A stretch of 62,974 bases of DNA, filler included, from Deltaproteobacteria bacterium (GTDB lineage: Bacteria > JAGRBM01 > JAHCIT01), in NCBI GenBank assembly GCA_026129095.1. It is 5 parts of 5 records of this genome, joined end to end, with 100 filler letters (N's around TTAATTAATTAA, not from the genome) between each part and the next. Parts side by side here need not be neighbours in the genome. Positions count along the whole stretch, not along the records: positions 55,955 to 62,974 come from JAHCIT010000008.1; 4 more parts are not named here. The stretch is one strand, 5' to 3'. Positions within the stretch are counted from its first letter, which is position 1, and every line of letters begins with the position of its first letter. The notes under the pieces are model-generated. The model saw only the letters and a program-made list of their open reading frames with translations. It was not told the DNA's origin and ran no database searches. A program made the position numbers and the translations under genes. Of the stretch, positions 59,184 to 62,974 are shown piece by piece.

Positions 59184-60019
59184 AACCGCAGCCGACACTC
59201 CGCCAGCTCCAGGAGTTTCTGTACTGGATCATCACCGAGCCCAGGGACGCGGCCGGGATCGTCCAGAACGATCCGGCCGCCTGCCGCGAAAGGCTGGGTG
59301 GCGCAGACTGGACGGAAATCTTCGCTCCGAGGCCCGGACGGACCCCGGCCCGGCGGCTCGACGTTTATGCCGACGGCTACCCGGCCCGGATGTTCGATGC
59401 CCTCGCCGAAAACTATCCCTCCGTCCGGCGCGTCTGCGGCGACCAGTCCTTCCTGAGTCTCGCCGGACGCTACGCGAGGGCGCATCCTTCCACCCACTAC
59501 AACCTCGGAGAAGCGGGCCGTCACCTGCCGGACTATCTCAAGGGTGACGCACTCACGGCGGACCTGCCTTTCCTGCCGGACCTCGCGGAACTGGACGCCG
59601 CCTGCATGCAGGTGTTCCATGCCTCCGCCCTGCCCCCGCTCGATCCCGGCCGGCTCCAGTCCGCCAGCCCGGACCGGCTGGGCGGCTCACGCCTTGTTTT
59701 CCAGAACGCGACGCGGCTTATGGAGTCCCGCTGGCCCGTCGCCACGATCCGCGAAATGAGGGACGTTCCGGACGAAGAGTTCCGCGTGCGTGTGGAGGAC
59801 AACCCCGAACGGTGCGTCGTGTTCCGGTCGGGGTTTTCCGGCCTCGTCCGCAGGCTGGAGGCGGCCGAGTTCGCGGCCCTGTCGGCCCTCATGACAGGAA
59901 GCACCGTCTGGGGGGCGATCGAGGCGGCCGCCACGCATGAAAAGGAACCGCCCGTGGGCGCGTGGTTCGGCGAATGGGTGTCGTCGGGGCTGGTGGTGGA
60001 CCTTACGCCGCCTGGCTGA
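59180..60019 (+). CDS. DUF2063 MNIO partner (BufC-like)
   Basis: LRQLQ, RLDVYADGY..R..DAL..NYP and DLAELD; ATGA overlap. Confidence 0.88.
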   Translation: MKPQPTLRQLQEFLYWIITEPRDAAGIVQNDPAACRERLGGADWTEIFAPRPGRTPARRLDVYADGYPARMFDALAENYPSVRRVCGDQSFLSLAGRYARAHPSTHYNLGEAGRHLPDYLKGDALTADLPFLPDLAELDAACMQVFHASALPPLDPGRLQSASPDRLGGSRLVFQNATRLMESRWPVATIREMRDVPDEEFRVRVEDNPERCVVFRSGFSGLVRRLEAAEFAALSALMTGSTVWGAIEAAATHEKEPPVGAWFGEWVSSGLVVDLTPPG

Positions 60020-60824
60020 GCGGGGCGACCAGCCGGATCAGCGTGATCTCGGAGGCACAGTCCCGGCGCCAGGGAACCGCCGTGTAGCCAAGCCCCCGGT
60101 TCACGTACAGTCTCGCATGGTGCGGCGCCATTTCGCGCCGCCGGGCGAACCGGCCCCGGTCGTAGGGGCCGAGCACGCTGGCGATATGCACCCGCCGCCC
60201 GCTGGGAAGTTCGAACGAGAGCTGCCCGCCGTGGGTGTGGCCGGAAAGCTGGAGGTCGAAGCCGAGCTTCGCCGCCAGCGGAAACGCATCCGGCCGGTGC
60301 GACAGCAGGACGTGATAGCGCGCAGGGTCCATGCCCCTCGCCGCCCACTCCTGGAGCTTGGGGTAGTCCGACGGCGCCGAGAGCGGCGTCATGGGGTCGT
60401 CAATCCCCCAGACGGTGAGCCCCGGCAGGGCGTCCGATTCCCACCGCTCGCCGCGCAGCAGCACCGCGTGGGTGTTCTCGCGATACACCTTCGTCAGCCG
60501 GTTCGGGCCGAAATAGAAGTCGTGGTTACCCAGGATCGCCAGCACCGCCACGCGGGGGTTCAGCAGGCCGAACGGCTCGATGTAGTCGGGCTCGTACCGG
60601 CGGGGCCAGTCCATCGCGTCGCCGGTGATGACGACGAGATCGGGCCTGAGGGCGTTGATCCGGCCGATGTGCGCCGCCCACTGGTCTGCCCGGTGGTAGC
60701 GGCCGATGTGCAGATCGGAAACCTGCACGATCTTCGTCCCGTGCAGGTGCGCCAGATGGCCGGGCACCTCCTCGTAGATCTCCTCGATATGGGCGGGATC
60801 GGTGTGTCGCTGCCAGATGCTCAT
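60003..60824 (-). CDS. Metallophosphoesterase (YkuE-like)
   Basis: SDLH, TGD, GNHD, SHRP and GHTHGGQ. Confidence 0.93.
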   Translation of the reverse strand: MSIWQRHTDPAHIEEIYEEVPGHLAHLHGTKIVQVSDLHIGRYHRADQWAAHIGRINALRPDLVVITGDAMDWPRRYEPDYIEPFGLLNPRVAVLAILGNHDFYFGPNRLTKVYRENTHAVLLRGERWESDALPGLTVWGIDDPMTPLSAPSDYPKLQEWAARGMDPARYHVLLSHRPDAFPLAAKLGFDLQLSGHTHGGQLSFELPSGRRVHIASVLGPYDRGRFARRREMAPHHARLYVNRGLGYTAVPWRRDCASEITLIRLVAPLSQAA

Positions 60825-60969
60825 CCAGCCTCACAGTCTAGGAGATCGCGGACGGACAGAAAAACGCCCTGTCCCAGGGATGCCCAGCGGCAGAAAAGCC
60901 CGTCCCCCTCTCCTTGCACGGAGAAGGGGACCGGGAGATTCGGGCGCTGCTTTCCGCCGGATGCGGTAT

Positions 60970-61395
60970 TCACGCGGGCCTGACGCTGATCCGCTTCGGC
61001 TTGTCGGCGTCGCGCTTCGGGAGCCTGAGCTCCAGCACGCCGTCCCTGACCTTCGCCGCCACCTTGTCGTTGTCGATCTGGTAGGGGAGCGTCACGGTGC
61101 GGCTGAACTTGCCGACGGTGCGCTCGCGGCGGACGTAGTTCTCCTTTTTCTCCTCGCTCTCGGCCTTGCGCTCGCCGGCGACATAGACCGTGTCGCCCTC
61201 GACCGAGATCTCGATGTCGGACGGCGCGACGCCCGGCACGTCCAGCTTCAGGACGTAGCCGTCGTCAGTCTCCACGGCGTCAATGGCCGGCACGGCCGTC
61301 GAAACCGCGGCCGACGGGAAATCGCTGAAAAGCCGGTCGAAGTCGGCCCACGGACTGCGGAATGCTGCGGGAACAAGTGGTGAACGGACAAGCAT
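60970..61395 (-). CDS. Hsp20/alpha-crystallin small heat shock protein
   Basis: DVPGV, RRER..GKFSR and DGVLELRLPK; AGGAG RBS before ATG 61395. Confidence 0.95.
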   Translation of the reverse strand: MLVRSPLVPAAFRSPWADFDRLFSDFPSAAVSTAVPAIDAVETDDGYVLKLDVPGVAPSDIEISVEGDTVYVAGERKAESEEKKENYVRRERTVGKFSRTVTLPYQIDNDKVAAKVRDGVLELRLPKRDADKPKRISVRPA

Positions 61396-61647
61396 GATGT
61401 TTCTCCTTCTTGATGCCTGTAGTGCGCCCGGCCCTCCGCTGCATTTCCTGCCGATGGACCTGGGGCAGCCGCAACCGTGCGGCTCGGCCACTGATCTGTG
61501 TCCGCCGGAACAGTTGTCAAGGGAGTTTTTGCGTGAATGTTTTTTCAGGGAAAACCGCACCCTGAAACCCAGAAACCGGAAACAGCGGGATTGACCGCGA
61601 AACGGACGTGGTTAGTTTGGGGTTTCTGCCCTACTCTCCCCGTCCGT

Positions 61648-62277
61648 ATGCGGATCATCGCCGGCGAGCTGAAGTCCCGCGCCGTGAAGGCCCCCGAGGG
61701 TGCGGGCACGCGCCCCACGTCCGACCGGGTGCGGGAGTCGATCTTCAACATTCTGGCGAGCCTGCTCTCCCGGCAGGATATGCCGTTCGGCAGTTTCGCT
61801 CTGGCGCTGGACCTTTTTGCCGGTTCGGGCGCGCTCGCCTTCGAGGCGCTTTCCCGTGGCGTGCCGAGGGCCGTGCTGGTGGAGGCGGACCGGGAGGCGC
61901 AGGAGACGATCCGTACCAATGCCCGCTCGCTCGGCGTGACAGGCCGCGTGGACCTGGAACGGTACCGGACCGCCCATTACCTGAAGCGGCTTCAGGAAGC
62001 GGGCCAGGCAAAACAGCCGGAACCGGGAGCCGCGCCGTGGCTCATCTTCGCCGATCCGCCCTATGCCGAGACCGATTACGACGCCCTCCTTGCCTTGCTC
62101 GACTCACCGGTTAGCATTCCGCCCGGTTCCATCGCCGTCATCGAGCATTCGGCCCGCAACGGGCCGGACCCGGACAGGCGGTGGACCCGGCTCGAACCGG
62201 TTTCGGAGCATGCCTGGGGCGACACGCGAGTCCGGGTGTACCGGTACCGGGCTGACGGGGAAGGGAAGCATCCTTGA
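61648..62277 (+). CDS. rsmD: 16S rRNA m2G966 methyltransferase
   Basis: MRIIAG, TRPTSDRVRES, DLFAGSGAL and FADPPY. Confidence 0.96.
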   Translation: MRIIAGELKSRAVKAPEGAGTRPTSDRVRESIFNILASLLSRQDMPFGSFALALDLFAGSGALAFEALSRGVPRAVLVEADREAQETIRTNARSLGVTGRVDLERYRTAHYLKRLQEAGQAKQPEPGAAPWLIFADPPYAETDYDALLALLDSPVSIPPGSIAVIEHSARNGPDPDRRWTRLEPVSEHAWGDTRVRVYRYRADGEGKHP

Positions 62278-62756
62278 AGACAGCGGTCTACGCCGGCACC
62301 TTTGATCCGCCCACCAACGGCCACCTGAACGTGATCGAACGGGCGGCGGGCGTCGCCGAGAAGCTCATCATCACGATCGCCAACAACACCTCCAAGAAGG
62401 CGGTCTTCGCGCCCGCCGAACGGGTCGATCTGCTCCGCGGGCTGGTGAAGCACCTGCCCAACGTGGAGGTGGACCTCTTCGAGGGCCTTCTCGTGGACTA
62501 CATGCACAAGCAGGGCGCGACGGTCATCATCCGGGGCGTGCGGTCGTTCTCCGACTTCGAGTACGAATTCCAGATGGCCCTCAGCAACAAGCAGATGCGG
62601 CCGGAGATCGAAACCCTGTTCATGGTGACCGAGAGCCGCTATTCGCACCTGTCCAGCACGCTCATCAAGGAGATCATCATGCTGGGCGGCGACACCCACG
62701 GCATGATTCCCGCCGGTGTCGAGAAGCTGCTCCGCGACAAGCTCCGGAAATCCTGA
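62274..62756 (+). CDS. coaD: Phosphopantetheine adenylyltransferase
   Basis: GTFDPPTNGH, IIRGVR..SDFEYE and SSTLIKE. Confidence 0.98.
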   Translation: MKTAVYAGTFDPPTNGHLNVIERAAGVAEKLIITIANNTSKKAVFAPAERVDLLRGLVKHLPNVEVDLFEGLLVDYMHKQGATVIIRGVRSFSDFEYEFQMALSNKQMRPEIETLFMVTESRYSHLSSTLIKEIIMLGGDTHGMIPAGVEKLLRDKLRKS

Positions 62757-62875
62757 CGCCCGCCCCCGCGCCCGCTGCTTCCGTTCTTGCCGCCGCTGGC
62801 GGCACCGGCTAGGGGACTGCTTCCCCGGCGGCAGACGGCTCCAGGATACCGGCCGCGGCGGAAGAAAGCCCCTCC

Positions 62876-62974
62876 ATGAAGCTCAAGCTCGCCTCCCGCA
62901 ACGCCCGCATCCAGCCCTCGGCCACGCTGGCCATCACGGCCAAGGCGAACGAGCTGAAGGCCAAGGGGATCGAC
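62876..62974 (+). CDS. Class I PLP aminotransferase (aspartate aminotransferase-like), 5' fragment
   Basis: MKLKLASRNARIQPSATLAITAKANELKAKGID. Confidence 0.8.
   Translation, partial: MKLKLASRNARIQPSATLAITAKANELKAKGID

Overview
The window is a pseudo-scaffold of five contig pieces (1-18147, 18248-35769, 35870-49378, 49479-55854, 55955-62974) joined by artificial 100-nt N44-TTAATTAATTAA-N44 linkers, so adjacency across gaps is not evidence of linkage. It comes from a GC-rich bacterium that looks deltaproteobacterial or Myxococcota-like (aminotransferase-serA-hisZ-purA order, FHA-sigma54 activator, ResB/CcsA). Most of it is housekeeping or signalling: purA, hisZ, serA, leuS, engB, argJ, rsmD, coaD, nfeD-floA, three tRNAs and a bufferin RiPP cluster. 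The most notable part is the 6.4-kb piece at 49479-55854. It is a co-oriented, translationally coupled module of orphan genes that reads like the virion module of a tailless, membrane-containing virus: a basic membrane protein, a candidate single jelly-roll major capsid protein, three further jelly-roll-like paralogues, a membrane-anchored lytic transglycosylase and holin/endolysin-like genes. The fold calls come from reading sequence patterns and need structure prediction. Other points of interest are an operon of a non-canonical class III nucleotide cyclase, a HEAT-like protein and a degenerate HD-GYP protein; a defence islet (frameshifted AbiJ-like/HEPN gene and a VapD toxin-antitoxin pair bounded by a 52-bp duplication of a gene end); a C5-MTase/HNH/Vsr R-M cassette; a 121-bp REP-like repeat family that brackets accessory genes; and two origin-like repeat clusters.
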